DNA of 64,000 bases from Ignavibacteriota bacterium. GTDB lineage: Bacteria; Bacteroidota; Ignavibacteria; Palsa-1295. Shown in pieces: positions 10,313 to 21,084 of this stretch; the stretch's first letter is position 1, and each line of letters opens with the position of its first letter. The translations under genes and the position numbers were made by a program. Under the pieces are notes generated by a model that worked only from the letters and a program-made list of their open reading frames with translations, was not told the DNA's origin and made no database searches. The stretch lies in assembly GCA_963787835.1 (NCBI GenBank), contig CAWBEI010000004.1, positions 256,001-320,000 on the forward strand, written 5' to 3'.

Positions 10313-11275
10313 TTATAGTATTCTCTTCCCCATGCTGCTCGCGATGAGATCGGCAGCAAACTCTGCGCTGGCATTGCGAACATCGAGAATAGGATTAACC
10401 TCGGCAACTTCCATCGAAGCCATATAGCCCGTATCGGCGATCACTTCCATGATGAGATGTGCCTCGCGGTACGTTATTCCTCCGGGAACCGGTGTGCCAA
10501 CGCCACTTGCGATCGTTGGGTCAACGACGTCAAGGTCGAAGCTGACATGGAGATGATCGACCTTTTCTCGTAGCGAAGCAACAGCTTGTGTAATGAGCGT
10601 ATATACTCCTTGTTTATCGAGATCTTCCATCGTGTGCGCTTCGATCTTCAATTTATGGATAAGCGCACGTTCGCCAACATCTACAGATCGAAGTCCGATA
10701 TACACAAGCTGACTTGGTAACAGCTTTGGCTCAGGCCCTCCGATACTTGTCAGCGCAGGATTTCCCATGCCAAGCGCAACGGCCGCCGGCATTCCATGAA
10801 TATTTCCGCTCGGAGAAGTTTCGGGAATGTTAATATCAGTATGCGCATCGATCCAGATCACGCCAAGCCGTTTGTTCAGCCGTTTGCAGTGCGCGGCAAT
10901 TCCGGCGATAGTGCCGATCGCCATAGAATGATCGCCGCCGAGCACAAGCGGAAATTCGCTTTGATCGAGCGCGGATTCTACTTCTGATGCAAGAAGGGTG
11001 CAGGCGTTCGCAATTTCAGGCAAATAGGGAAGCTTAACGTCTTCAATTTCCTGAACTTCTGCATTACGAATCTCGATATCGCCAGCGTCGATCACATGAT
11101 AGCCCAATGTGCGAAGTTTTTCGCTGACCCCTGCGATACGAATCGCGGACGGCCCCATATCCACACCACGGCGGCCAGCTCCCAGATCCATAGGGAATCC
11201 GATAATTCGAACAAAACCGGGTGGGAAAGAACCGGGATTACGCGGATGATGCGGATTTTTCGGATTAGTATTCAA
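10313..11275 (-). CDS. rocF: Arginase
   Basis: [37 protein letters not shown]; TTG start with a repeat-derived N-terminal extension. Confidence 0.93.
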   Translation of the reverse strand: MNTNPKNPHHPRNPGSFPPGFVRIIGFPMDLGAGRRGVDMGPSAIRIAGVSEKLRTLGYHVIDAGDIEIRNAEVQEIEDVKLPYLPEIANACTLLASEVESALDQSEFPLVLGGDHSMAIGTIAGIAAHCKRLNKRLGVIWIDAHTDINIPETSPSGNIHGMPAAVALGMGNPALTSIGGPEPKLLPSQLVYIGLRSVDVGERALIHKLKIEAHTMEDLDKQGVYTLITQAVASLREKVDHLHVSFDLDVVDPTIASGVGTPVPGGITYREAHLIMEVIADTGYMASMEVAEVNPILDVRNASAEFAADLIASSMGKRIL

Positions 11276-11371
11276 GCGGTAAGGAAAAAAATAATATTAT
11301 TGGAAGTAGGAGTTTGAATTAATCCTTAAAATCAATCCAGAAAATCTGCATCATCCGCGTAATCCCGGTTC
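11229..11371. repeat. 38-bp inverted repeat pair of the GGAT 9-bp-periodic family spanning the accD end and arginase start
   Basis: GAACCGGGATTACGCGGATGATGCGGATTTTTCGGATT (11229-11266) is the near-perfect reverse complement of AATCCAGAAAATCTGCATCATCCGCGTAATCCCGGTTC (11334-11371). Confidence 0.8.
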
Positions 11372-12229
11372 TGAGGCTAAATGCTTCAGCACATTCGCGA
11401 TGGTTGCTTTCAATTGCTTTCGGTGCGAGATAATATCGACAAAACCGTGATCCTGCAAGAACTCGGAGCGCTGGAAGCCAGGGGGAAGTTTCTTCCGGAT
11501 CGTTTGCTCGACGACGCGAGGCCCCGCAAATGCAATGAGTGCCTTCGGTTCGGCAATATTAACATCGCCAAGCATGGCATAGCTTGCCGTAACACCGCCC
11601 GTTGTGGGATCGGTTAGCACGGAAATATAAGGAAGCCGTGCTTCGGCAAATTGAGCTAGCTTTGCGCTGGTCTTCGCAAGTTGCATGAGGGAGATCGCGG
11701 CTTCCTGCATTCGCGCACCGCCAGAGCTCGATATCATCACGAAGGGATCGCGGCGAGCGATCGCATGATCGACAGCACGCGAGAATTTCTCTCCGACGAC
11801 AGCGCCCATCGACCCTCCGACATAAGCAAAATCCATCACGCCCATTACGATTTCCCTTGCTTCGAGATGCCCGACGCCGACGCGAATCGCTTCTTTGAGA
11901 TGCGTTTTGCGCTCCGCCTCAGCGACACGCGCTGGATAGGGCTTGGAATCGACGAAACCAAGAGGGTCGGCCGGACGAAGTTCGGCAGCTATCTCTTGCT
12001 CAAGACCTTCGTCCAGCAGAATTTCGAAGTATTCTCTGCTTCCGATGCGAAAATGCTTATTGCAATGCGGACAGGTATAGAGATTTTCTTCGATCTGCTT
12101 CCGGTAAAGAATTTCCTTACATTCGGAGCATTTCGCCCACACGCCATCCGGCATGTCGCGAGTGGCGGCACTTCCGGGCTGCCCTTGGCGCGTCTCGATA
12201 TTCTGCTTTGATCGTGTAAACCAGGCCAT
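11351..12229 (-). CDS. accD: Acetyl-CoA carboxylase carboxyltransferase beta subunit
   Basis: W.KC..C...C..C zinc ribbon, GGSMGAVVGEK, SGGARMQE, PTTGGVTAS, GFQRSEFL. Confidence 0.97.
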   Translation of the reverse strand: MAWFTRSKQNIETRQGQPGSAATRDMPDGVWAKCSECKEILYRKQIEENLYTCPHCNKHFRIGSREYFEILLDEGLEQEIAAELRPADPLGFVDSKPYPARVAEAERKTHLKEAIRVGVGHLEAREIVMGVMDFAYVGGSMGAVVGEKFSRAVDHAIARRDPFVMISSSGGARMQEAAISLMQLAKTSAKLAQFAEARLPYISVLTDPTTGGVTASYAMLGDVNIAEPKALIAFAGPRVVEQTIRKKLPPGFQRSEFLQDHGFVDIISHRKQLKATIANVLKHLASEPGLRG

Positions 12230-12379
12230 AGAAAGTTATGAACGAAAATCAGCCGTGGGAAGTGCGTATCGGTAAGAAACCCATTTCACAGAGCCGTATT
12301 TTCTCAGAAAGCAATCAGAATGGGGTTCATTTTGTTAATAGTGGAAAATCAACTCCCTGAAGCAACATAATCAATCACC

Positions 12380-12727
12380 ATGAAAATTCGAAACTCACTT
12401 GCGATTTCCGTCCTCGGATTAACTCTTCTATCTGCTTGCTCCAAACAAGAGAATCCGCAGCCGCCAGCGCAGGATTCTGCCAAGATCGGCGCCGGACCCA
12501 TTAAGGAAGGACAGGGAAAGGGAATTGTTCGCGCCATCGATACCACAACGAAGATGATCACGATTGACCATGGCAACATTCCTAACGTAATGGACGCTAT
12601 GACGATGGATTATCATGCCGATCCTTCAGAATTATTGCGGAGTGTGAACGTCGGTGATTCGGTCAGTTTTACTGCACAAGATCGGGGAGAAGGCTATTTT
12701 GCAGTTACGGCAATTAAAAAGAATTGA
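12380..12727 (+). CDS. CusF-like copper-binding lipoprotein
   Basis: Lipobox LSAC; ITIDHGNIPNVMDAMTMDY resembles the CusF H...M.M metal site. Confidence 0.8.
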   Translation: MKIRNSLAISVLGLTLLSACSKQENPQPPAQDSAKIGAGPIKEGQGKGIVRAIDTTTKMITIDHGNIPNVMDAMTMDYHADPSELLRSVNVGDSVSFTAQDRGEGYFAVTAIKKN

Positions 12728-12806
12728 GAGCGGGATTTTTTTCAGATATTTCTTCCACAATTGCGGGATGTTCGTTCACTTTGATGACGAATCTGGAAGG
12801 AAAATT

Positions 12807-13355
12807 TCAGAATGCAAAAACATCTTCAAGCTTCATGGTAAAGCCGGGAAATAGAGGGCTTTGTAGAACATCCGAATTCTTGAAATAGGCATCGGACACA
12901 AAGCGGCCGCCATCCTGACGAAAGATTTCAACAGTTTCATCTTTTGGATCGACGATCCAATATTCGGCAACACCGCTTTCGGCATAGACCGTCTTCTTAT
13001 GCATCAGATCGTAAAACGCACTCGAAGGCGATAATACTTCGACAGCAAGATCCGGTATGACATTCAACTTGTCGCGACCGATCTTTGAGACATGATCTTT
13101 TTGGATGAAGATCAGATCAGGTTGATACACATCCGTATCGGTAAGACGCACATCGATCGGCGAGAGAAATACTCGCTCTATGTCATTCGACTCCACGAAG
13201 GGTCGCAGCAGTTGATAGATATTGCCGATAATGTTTTGATGGAATAGAGTAGGGGCAGGAGTCATAATAAGTTCACCGTCAATCAATTGATACGGCGCCA
13301 CTTCCGGCAGAGCCTCGTAATCTACATAAGTCAGTCTTTTTTCGAGAACAGCCAT
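12807..13355 (-). CDS. Uma2 family endonuclease
   Basis: YQLIDGEL..PAP...HQ, QPDL, PDLAVEVLSPS, Y...GVAEYWIVDP. Confidence 0.93.
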   Translation of the reverse strand: MAVLEKRLTYVDYEALPEVAPYQLIDGELIMTPAPTLFHQNIIGNIYQLLRPFVESNDIERVFLSPIDVRLTDTDVYQPDLIFIQKDHVSKIGRDKLNVIPDLAVEVLSPSSAFYDLMHKKTVYAESGVAEYWIVDPKDETVEIFRQDGGRFVSDAYFKNSDVLQSPLFPGFTMKLEDVFAF

Positions 13356-13429
13356 CTTAAAATATGTAAGTGATTTGAAGAGAAAAGAGTTCTATGGCAC
13401 GTCGCCCATACGGCTTTTGTTATCACTTT

Positions 13430-13804
13430 ATGAAAGTTAAGCTTCTTGATATTTGTCATGCCCGCAGCGGGGATAAAGGCGATGCTGCGAACGTCGGCCT
13501 TATCGCTCGTGAAGAGCGATTCTATCCACTTATTAAAAAGGAAGTTACACGCGCAGCCGTTAAAAAGCATTTCAAAGGGATCTGCTTCGGCCCGGTGGAG
13601 CGGTTCGAATTGCCGAATTTATGGGCGCTGAATTTTTTGCTCCATAACACGCTCGGCGGTGGTGGAACCGTCAGCCTTAAGCAAGACGCGCAAGGGAAAA
13701 CGCTCGCGGCTGCACTGCTTCGGATGGAGATCGACGTGCCGCCTTCTGCGTTGCGTCCTGTGAAAGCCAATGCTGCTAAGAAGGCTCCTCGGCGTTCAAG
13801 ATAA
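13430..13804 (+). CDS. AtuA-related protein (AtuA C-terminal domain only)
   Basis: HARSGDKGD.ANVG, VERFELPNL.ALNFLL...LGGGG..SL..DAQGK; start taken at ATG 13430. Confidence 0.85.
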   Translation: MKVKLLDICHARSGDKGDAANVGLIAREERFYPLIKKEVTRAAVKKHFKGICFGPVERFELPNLWALNFLLHNTLGGGGTVSLKQDAQGKTLAAALLRMEIDVPPSALRPVKANAAKKAPRRSR

Positions 13805-13844
13805 TATCGAACTACCGGAACGAACCAGAGAGATCGATTTCAGA

Positions 13845-16774
13845 TCACCATTGCAGCGGAATTCGGATCGTGTCCTTCTCTGTCTTCTTGAGATCCAGGT
13901 TCCCGAAATTTCGATAGCCGGTGGGGGGAACTGGTACAGGTCGATCCGATCTAAAATAAAGATCCTGTGACTGATAGGGTGGAAGCGATAGCTGTGTGAT
14001 GGTCGGGGTGAGATATGCGTCGTGTTCACGATAGCGTTGCTCCACAATATGCAGGTGCCACGGATGAGGATGATCTGGCAATGCAAGCCCTCCCCGAATA
14101 GTTAGAACATAACTCCCGTCACCATTCTTAGTTTCCGAGGTATCCTCGCTTTCCTTAGACTCAAACAGGATTGGTACGGTCTTTTTACTATAATCGAAGG
14201 CGGAATTGAACAGAGCGGTGGAATCAGGATGAAGGACCTGACATGCGATGTCCGTAAATTGATCGTAGTCCTCCGGTGGGATGGAAACTTCGAATACTAC
14301 TCCGCGCTCCCCCTGCCGAGGAGCGAAAGGGAGGGTAAACATATCACTTTCGGTGATCAGTGTATCGATGGTGCGCTCATAGCCGGTGATGTTCACAGCA
14401 GGTTCTGCTTCATAATTCAATAGGGAAGGATTCGCTATGGTCGTACGCAAAACGCTATGTCCCGCATCGTCAAGTTCGGTTGAAAGATTTTCAATATCTA
14501 ATGGTTGGGCATCCACGTTCAGATCGAGAGAAAGGTCTTTCTCGTCTTCGTTCGACATCGTTCTCGAAAGATCAATTTCCCAGATACCGGGAGTCAATTG
14601 CGTTCCAGAAAAATAGGCGGTCGCACTTCGTTGCGAACCATTGCCACGAAAGCCAAGCTTCGAGACTTCCTGACCGGCATTATCAAAGATCGAAACTGCA
14701 CATTCACCTTTCGCTTCACGAGTAGCAATATTCACTTTTATTTGCTTCGCACCAGGGGGTATGGCAAAGAACTCGCGTTGCAAGATTCCGGGCGCGAGCT
14801 TCATATCCGTCAGCGATATATGATAATTGTTTTGATCCGAGAACGAGTGTGGAATGATGACCGAGTTTACCAGCTCGAATCGAGCCTCACTGCGAGTGTG
14901 AGCCGTACCTTTTTCATATCCCCAGATCCTTCCAGAGTACAGCCCCGGTTTTTGAAGCAGCTTGCCATTATATCGAACATCCACATACATCGCTCCTTCG
15001 CCTCGACGGTAAATGCTGGATTGAAGAGGTGACATCCACGCGGCATCCGACACCAGATCGAACGCTTCCATTCCGACTGCTCTCTGCCGGGCGCTTGATC
15101 CAGGTGGGTATTCCGGTTCAACGCTGAAGGATTCTCGCTCACCGTCTTGCGGAATATTCCCGGCGCGGAAATAGCCTGCCGTTCCCGTTCGGATCTGGGA
15201 AGGAATATTCGCGTGAACGGCAACAGGGATCGGAACATAACCGGTACGATGCCAGCGCGAAAGAAGTTCGAATGCGGCCGGAACATCGATCATCCCATAC
15301 CCTTCATCGAGCGGTGTCGCTCCGTCGAGATGCTCGGCCGAGAGCATGATCGCACGTTTAATGGCATAGGCATTCACTGTCCAGTCAGGAAACGCTTGCG
15401 TCATCGCAGATAGCAACAACGCACAGCATCCGGCGGTGTTTGGAGAAGACATGCTCGTGCCATTATAACGGTCGCCGGTAACGTAATCCGGAACGGTACT
15501 CACTGCAGTGCCAGGCGAGACGATATCGGGTTTTGCAAGTTCCCCCCCGCGCGAAGAAAAATCGAAGATCACAGGATGGGTAACGTACATATTGTAAAGG
15601 TCACGAGCGGCATCCGCTGGTAGTGCTGCGCCGCTTGCGATCACACGATCGGCGGAGCCGGGCAACCCGATACTGGAAAGCCCCGGTCCTTCATTACCAC
15701 CGGAGACGCAAACAGTGAGATTGGGAGTTGCTGTGAGCAGGCTATCCAGCCATTTATCCATCGCGGCTTGGCCTTCCAGTTCGTTACCGATGCCGAAACT
15801 CATATTTACAACTACGGGCTTTGCTTGCGATCGTGCAGTTTCGGCCGCCAGTTCAAATGCCTTTTGCATTGAACCACTGATCGTCACACCACCGGCGTTA
15901 TTATCTGCAAATTTTACAGCAACAACCTGCGCTCCCGGAGCAACGCCATTGAATCCCTCCTGATTATCGATATTATGACCTGCGGCGATGCCCGCAACGT
16001 GTGTGCCGTGACTTCCATCGTCAAAATAGATGGAGATCACCTTGCGATCCGGATAGATATTTACAGCGCCCGTCAATCTTCGGCCAGAGGAGGTAGCACT
16101 GTCGGCAGTATGAAATGTGAAGGTATCGAAATGCTCGTGGTAGTTTGTTACCTTATGTTCGTTCGAGATGTCTCCATCGCCATCGGAATCGACGAATGCC
16201 GCATAGTGATCGGATGAATCCATGAAGACAAGGACCCCGAAGACATCGGAATCGCTGGAATTAAAATTCAGATCGCCTAAGCCATTTTGGAACCGTAGCT
16301 CATTCAGCGCCCCATAATAATAGCGGCCATCGGAAGGGTTTGCGTTGATGGCATTCATTCCACGCAGTACGGTTTTTCCATTCACCCGCAGTTCGTCGCC
16401 TGCACGCTCTGCTGCGGTGTATGTCACATCGCCGGTACCCGAAAGATCATGAACATCAATTATTTTTTGTTTGCCATCCGTCGTAGTCTGTAACCCGCAA
16501 TTCCCGGATCGACGCCGGTATCGAAAATATAAATGATCACGCCACGCCCATCGTAGTTAGGATGATCGCTGACAAACTCGTCAGCATGGGTCGCCCCAAG
16601 CGGCAGAAAACTCCATTCCGTTTTTCCGAGGGCTTTGTCAGGCGGCATGATCGGCGCATTCGACCGTGGCGATGCCGGACTTGGCGCGGTGAAGGTTCTG
16701 GCCCGTTGTGCCAGCCCTGCCGTTGAAAAAATCGAAACGGCTATGAAAGAGTAGAAAAGATAGCGACGGATCAT
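13845..16774 (-). CDS. Secreted S8 subtilase, tripeptidyl-peptidase II-like (split by a 1-nt deletion near 16494, probably a sequencing error)
   Basis: Adding one G to a GGG run joins ORFs 16460..16774 and 13845..16427 as [44 protein letters not shown]; triad D (FDTG), H (SHGTH), S (GTSMS). Confidence 0.88.
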
Positions 16775-16946
16775 CGGATTATTGCTGAAAAGCGATTTTT
16801 ACCTTGCGAATTCATTCAAAAAACAGTAAACTCCTCGGATGGGTTGTTTAAGTCCTTGCTTTGTTCGGAAACTCCCTTAATGAACCCGACTGTTACCGCC
16901 CCGCAATTCATACTTCATCATTCATAATTCATACTTTCCGCGGAAA

Positions 16947-17019
16947 GGTCAGGTAGCTCAGTCGGTAGAGCAAAGGACTGAAAATCCTTGTGTCGGCGGT
17001 TCGATTCCGCCCCTGACCA
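16947..17019 (+). tRNA. tRNA-Phe(GAA)
   Basis: GGTCAGG acceptor stem, AGCTCAGTCGGTAGAGC D-arm, AAGGA-CTGAAAA-TCCTT anticodon arm, GGTTCGATTCC T-arm. Confidence 0.97.
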
Positions 17020-17057
17020 CTTTTTTAATGAAGCTTTTGGAATTGAGAATCCATTAT

Positions 17058-17088
17058 AAAGCCTCTTGCATTCTGCGAGGGGCTTTTT
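17058..17088 (+). terminator. Putative intrinsic terminator after tRNA-Phe
   Basis: AAAGCCTCTTGCA-TTC-TGCGAGGGGCTTTTT hairpin with T-tract. Confidence 0.6.
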
Positions 17089-17107
17089 ATTACCATTATT
17101 TTGAAGT

Positions 17108-18802
17108 ATGACCAGGAAACTTCTGCCGCTCACTGCGCTCATTTTTATTTTTTTTGGTTGCGGTCATAAAACAACTGAGGTCGTTCGTCCCGGGCTTGGC
17201 GGTAAAAAGCTTGGCGGACGCTATACGCTGAATGAAATCCGGGGTAATCCCTCCAGCCTCGACCCCGTTCGCATGAATAGCAAAGTAGAGGATGACATTG
17301 GCACCAATATTTTCGATAAATTAGTCGAAAATAATTCCGAACTCGAATTGGTCCCAGAGCTGGCGAAAACCTGGGAGATCTCGGCTGATGGGATGACCTA
17401 CACGTTCCATCTCCGTAACGATGTGTTCTTTCACGATGATTCGTGCTTCCCGGGCGGCAAGGGCAGGAAGATGAATGCGCGTGATGTGAAATATTCCTAC
17501 GAACGTGTGTGCAATCCAAAAACTCTGACATCCGGTTACTGGGTGTTTCAGGATATTGTTCAGGGTGCCAACGATTATTTCGAGAGCAAATCCGATCGAG
17601 TTGCTGGGTTCCAGGTGGTTGATGATTCTACATTCGTTGTTCATCTCACAAAACCGTTCGCTCCGTTTCTTGAACATCTCACTACCAGTTTCGGGTATAT
17701 CGTGCCTCATGAAGCGATCGAACATTACGGCAAGGATTTTTTCCAGCATCCGGTTGGGACGGGTGCATTCAGATTTGCACATTGGATGCCTGATCAAGAA
17801 ATTCTCCTGACTCGAAATCCGAATTATTGGGAATATGACTCTTCGGGCAACCGCCTGCCGTTACTCGATGAAGTGAAGTTTACGCTTATTAAAGATGATA
17901 AGACGCTCCTGCAATCATTTCTTCAATCGAATGAGGATGAGGATTTTACTATCCCGACCGAAAGCTTTCAGGATATAGTAACCTCGGAAAAACAGTTGAC
18001 GTCACAATATTCAAAATACACGTTGCAGCATGTTTCCGCTATGAATAGTTACTTCATGGAGTTCTTGTGCTCAAAGGCTCCGTTCGACAATATGGCGCTT
18101 CGGCGTGCCATGTCGTTTGCTGTGGATCGCGAAAGCATTGTGAAATATGTTTTGAAAAACGCGCCGCATGGAGTCGCCGATCATGGAATTATTCCACCGG
18201 CATTCTCACGTTATCCGATCGATGAAGTCCACGGTATCACGTACAATCAGGACAGTGCAAAACATTGGCTTGAAGTGGCTGGCTTCCCGGCGGGGAAGGG
18301 CGCGCCGTCTATTACCCTTTCTGTATATAACGAGCCGCGTCCAATGCAGATCGCAGAAGCAGTTCAGCGCATGTGGCAAAATATTGGTCTGAATGTGAAT
18401 CTACAAGTGATGCAGTCCGCTCAGCTTCTTGATGGCTCCGAAGATGGAAGCCTCGGTCTATGGCTCACACGCTGGTATGCGGATTACCCCGAGCCGGAAA
18501 ATTTCTTAAATCTTCTCAATGGACGCCTTGTCCCAAATGATCCCAAACTAAAAAGTTACCCGAACAGCGCGAGGTGGAATGATGAGCGGTTTGACGATCT
18601 GTTCTATCAAGCCATTGCTACCACGGATGAAACAAAGCGAATGGATCTGTATGTACAGGCAGAGAATATCGCAGCGTACGATGCGCCTTCCATACCGCTA
18701 TTTTATGAAGAGCATTATCGCTTGCTACAACCGTACGTTCGCGATAATCCGCTCGATCCTATGAACCGGATCGACCTGAAATATGTGTGGTTAGATAAAT
18801 AA
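17108..18802 (+). CDS. ABC transporter substrate-binding lipoprotein, family 5 (OppA/DppA-like)
   Basis: Lipobox FFGC; SLDP, PELAKTWEISADG.TYTFHLR, PVGTGAF, W.ADYPEPENFL. Confidence 0.93.
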   Translation: MTRKLLPLTALIFIFFGCGHKTTEVVRPGLGGKKLGGRYTLNEIRGNPSSLDPVRMNSKVEDDIGTNIFDKLVENNSELELVPELAKTWEISADGMTYTFHLRNDVFFHDDSCFPGGKGRKMNARDVKYSYERVCNPKTLTSGYWVFQDIVQGANDYFESKSDRVAGFQVVDDSTFVVHLTKPFAPFLEHLTTSFGYIVPHEAIEHYGKDFFQHPVGTGAFRFAHWMPDQEILLTRNPNYWEYDSSGNRLPLLDEVKFTLIKDDKTLLQSFLQSNEDEDFTIPTESFQDIVTSEKQLTSQYSKYTLQHVSAMNSYFMEFLCSKAPFDNMALRRAMSFAVDRESIVKYVLKNAPHGVADHGIIPPAFSRYPIDEVHGITYNQDSAKHWLEVAGFPAGKGAPSITLSVYNEPRPMQIAEAVQRMWQNIGLNVNLQVMQSAQLLDGSEDGSLGLWLTRWYADYPEPENFLNLLNGRLVPNDPKLKSYPNSARWNDERFDDLFYQAIATTDETKRMDLYVQAENIAAYDAPSIPLFYEEHYRLLQPYVRDNPLDPMNRIDLKYVWLDK

Positions 18803-18814
18803 TCACAGTACGTC

Positions 18815-20194
18815 GTGCTTCATTCTATTATTGTTCAGAAATTTGGCGGTACGTCGGTTCAGGATGCTGAATCGATGGCCCGCGTGATTGAGATCGTGCG
18901 CGAGCACGGTATTACGCGTCGTATCAGGCCTTTGGTAGTGCTTTCTGCGTGTGCCGGCGTTACGAACACGCTCATTCATATCGGCGAGCTTGCTCTGAAA
19001 GAGACGACGACCGAGGCACTTTCTCTCGTCGATCAGCTTGAAGTTCGCCATGCACGGATCGCGCGCGAACTGATCGAGGGTGAGTCTTTGGTCGAGCAGG
19101 TACATTTTTCTCTGCATGCAATTTGGGAAGAACTTCGCATTCTTGTCCGCGGCGTTAACCTTTTACGAGAACTGACCCCCAAAAGCCGGGATCAAATTCA
19201 TTCTCTTGGTGAGCGAGCGTCCTCCACGATCTTTCACGCTGGATTGAAAGAGCGATTAGGGGGTAAGGCGTTACTCGCTCATTTTTTCGATGCTCGTGAT
19301 CTTATGGCAACCTCGAATGAGTTTACTGCTGCACGGCCATTGATGGGGGAGATCGCTCGGCGGATGAAGAAAGTTCATAGTGTTCTTGCAAAAGGAGGAA
19401 TTGGCGTGACGCAGGGATTTATTGGTCGAACGCTTGCAGGTGAAACAACAACGATCGGTCGAGGCGGCTCCGATTTTTCCGCCGCGATCATGGGGGTCGC
19501 CTTAGATGCCCGCGAAATTCAGATATGGACCGATGTTGCCGGCATCATGACGTGCGATCCAAGAATCGCTCCTGCCGCCTGGACGATCGCGAGTATCTCC
19601 TTCCATGAAGCAAGTGAGCTTGCATTCTTCGGAGCTAAAGTGTTACATCCCGAGACGATCTGGCCGGCCGTTGAAAAGTCGATCCCGGTTCGAGTCCTTT
19701 CCTCGAAGGAACCTGAAAAAGAAGGGACGGTTATCGTAGCAAAATCGGAAGAAGCGAGAGCCATGACGGGCATTGCCGTCAAAAAGTCTATCGTTCTTGT
19801 GCGAATATCTGTGAATGGTTCACAACCGAATCCCGCAGTACAACAGGCCGTGTGGGCTTCTTTGGGTGAGTCGGGCGCAATCCCATTAGCAGTTTCGCTA
19901 TCGGTAGATGGGGCGTCATATACGTTTGGAGACACTGTCGCTATCCCGATTCTTCGAGCTGCTTGCGAAGGACTTGCTCGTCTTGATGTTCAAACGGATC
20001 GATCGCTGATCACAATGGTAGGTTCAGGGCTTCACACACAGTCCGGCATTGCGGCTCGAATATTTCGTGCGTTAGGCAGAACGAATTGCGAGATGATCTC
20101 CTACGGCGGTTCCGAAAGCGCGATCAGCCTCGTTGTGCATGATGAGGTCGCAAACCGGATCGTGAAAAAACTTCACGCTGAATTCTTCGAATAA
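18815..20194 (+). CDS. lysC: Aspartate kinase
   Basis: VQKFGGTSV, VVLSA..GVTN, TTIGRGGSDFSA, IWTDVAG..TCDPR, FGAKVLHP, C-terminal ACT domains. Confidence 0.94.
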   Translation: MLHSIIVQKFGGTSVQDAESMARVIEIVREHGITRRIRPLVVLSACAGVTNTLIHIGELALKETTTEALSLVDQLEVRHARIARELIEGESLVEQVHFSLHAIWEELRILVRGVNLLRELTPKSRDQIHSLGERASSTIFHAGLKERLGGKALLAHFFDARDLMATSNEFTAARPLMGEIARRMKKVHSVLAKGGIGVTQGFIGRTLAGETTTIGRGGSDFSAAIMGVALDAREIQIWTDVAGIMTCDPRIAPAAWTIASISFHEASELAFFGAKVLHPETIWPAVEKSIPVRVLSSKEPEKEGTVIVAKSEEARAMTGIAVKKSIVLVRISVNGSQPNPAVQQAVWASLGESGAIPLAVSLSVDGASYTFGDTVAIPILRAACEGLARLDVQTDRSLITMVGSGLHTQSGIAARIFRALGRTNCEMISYGGSESAISLVVHDEVANRIVKKLHAEFFE

Positions 20195-20202
20195 CGCAGC
20201 GT

Positions 20203-21084
20203 TCAGACCCCAAATACTTGGAGATAAACGTAGGTCAGTGGCGCAACGAAGAGGATGGAATCAATCCGGTCGAGCACACCGCCGTGACCGGGGATTAGTG
20301 TTGAAGAGTCTTTGACTCCTGCATCTCGCTTAAGCATTGATTCTGCAAAATCGCCGACCTGTCCAAATCCCCCGGCAATAATACCCATTGCGATGGCTGT
20401 GGAGAGAGAAACCGATTCGAGCCCTCCGATGAACGTCCGGGCAATGAGCCATGCCACAATCGCAGCAACCAGACCGGCGATCCCTCCCTCCCACGATTTG
20501 TTAGGGCTAACGCGAGCAGAAATCTTATGACGACCGAATGCTCTTCCCACAAAATACGCTGCACTGTCGCAGATCCAGATCGAGGCAAGCATCATGATTA
20601 GAAAAAATGCACCATTGATGGACGTGTCATTTAGGTCCATCAAAGAGTCACGAATTCCGAAAAACGCTCCGAGTCCAAATCCCACATACGCTGCTCCACC
20701 GATCGTTACCGAAACCTGTACAAACGGGTTGGGATATCCCTTGAACAATTCGGAAGTAAAAACAGCTATGATTCCCAGGATCATGATAAGCGGCAACAGG
20801 TAAATTGTAAGCGTGGCTACGGAAAGATGAAGATGAAGAAACGCTGCAGCATGAAGTAGTTGATAATGCGCGAAGGATACTACAATGAGAGCAGTCAACG
20901 TCAATCCAAGGATGGTCTGTGGAACGAATCCTTTCGCCTTTGCAAGACCGTAAAATTCATGTACGGCTAAGAGGGCAACAATGATCGTCAGTCCGAGCAG
21001 CCCGATCGGTTTATAGACTATGATAAAACAGATGACCGGGATCGCAATGATCGCGACCAATACGCGTTGTGCCAGATTACTCAT
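20203..21084 (-). CDS. cdsA: Phosphatidate cytidylyltransferase
   Basis: WICDSAAYFVG, SPNKSWEG, GDFAESMLKRDAGVKDS...PGHGGVLDRIDS; likely start ATG 21084 (MSNLAQRVL). Confidence 0.94.
   Translation of the reverse strand: MSNLAQRVLVAIIAIPVICFIIVYKPIGLLGLTIIVALLAVHEFYGLAKAKGFVPQTILGLTLTALIVVSFAHYQLLHAAAFLHLHLSVATLTIYLLPLIMILGIIAVFTSELFKGYPNPFVQVSVTIGGAAYVGFGLGAFFGIRDSLMDLNDTSINGAFFLIMMLASIWICDSAAYFVGRAFGRHKISARVSPNKSWEGGIAGLVAAIVAWLIARTFIGGLESVSLSTAIAMGIIAGGFGQVGDFAESMLKRDAGVKDSSTLIPGHGGVLDRIDSILFVAPLTYVYLQVFGV

Noticed and set aside
16485-16505. Frameshift in the TPP II-like subtilase as phase variation
   Set aside because: The G-run is only 3-4 nt, too short for a contingency tract, and it matches the error type seen in tig.
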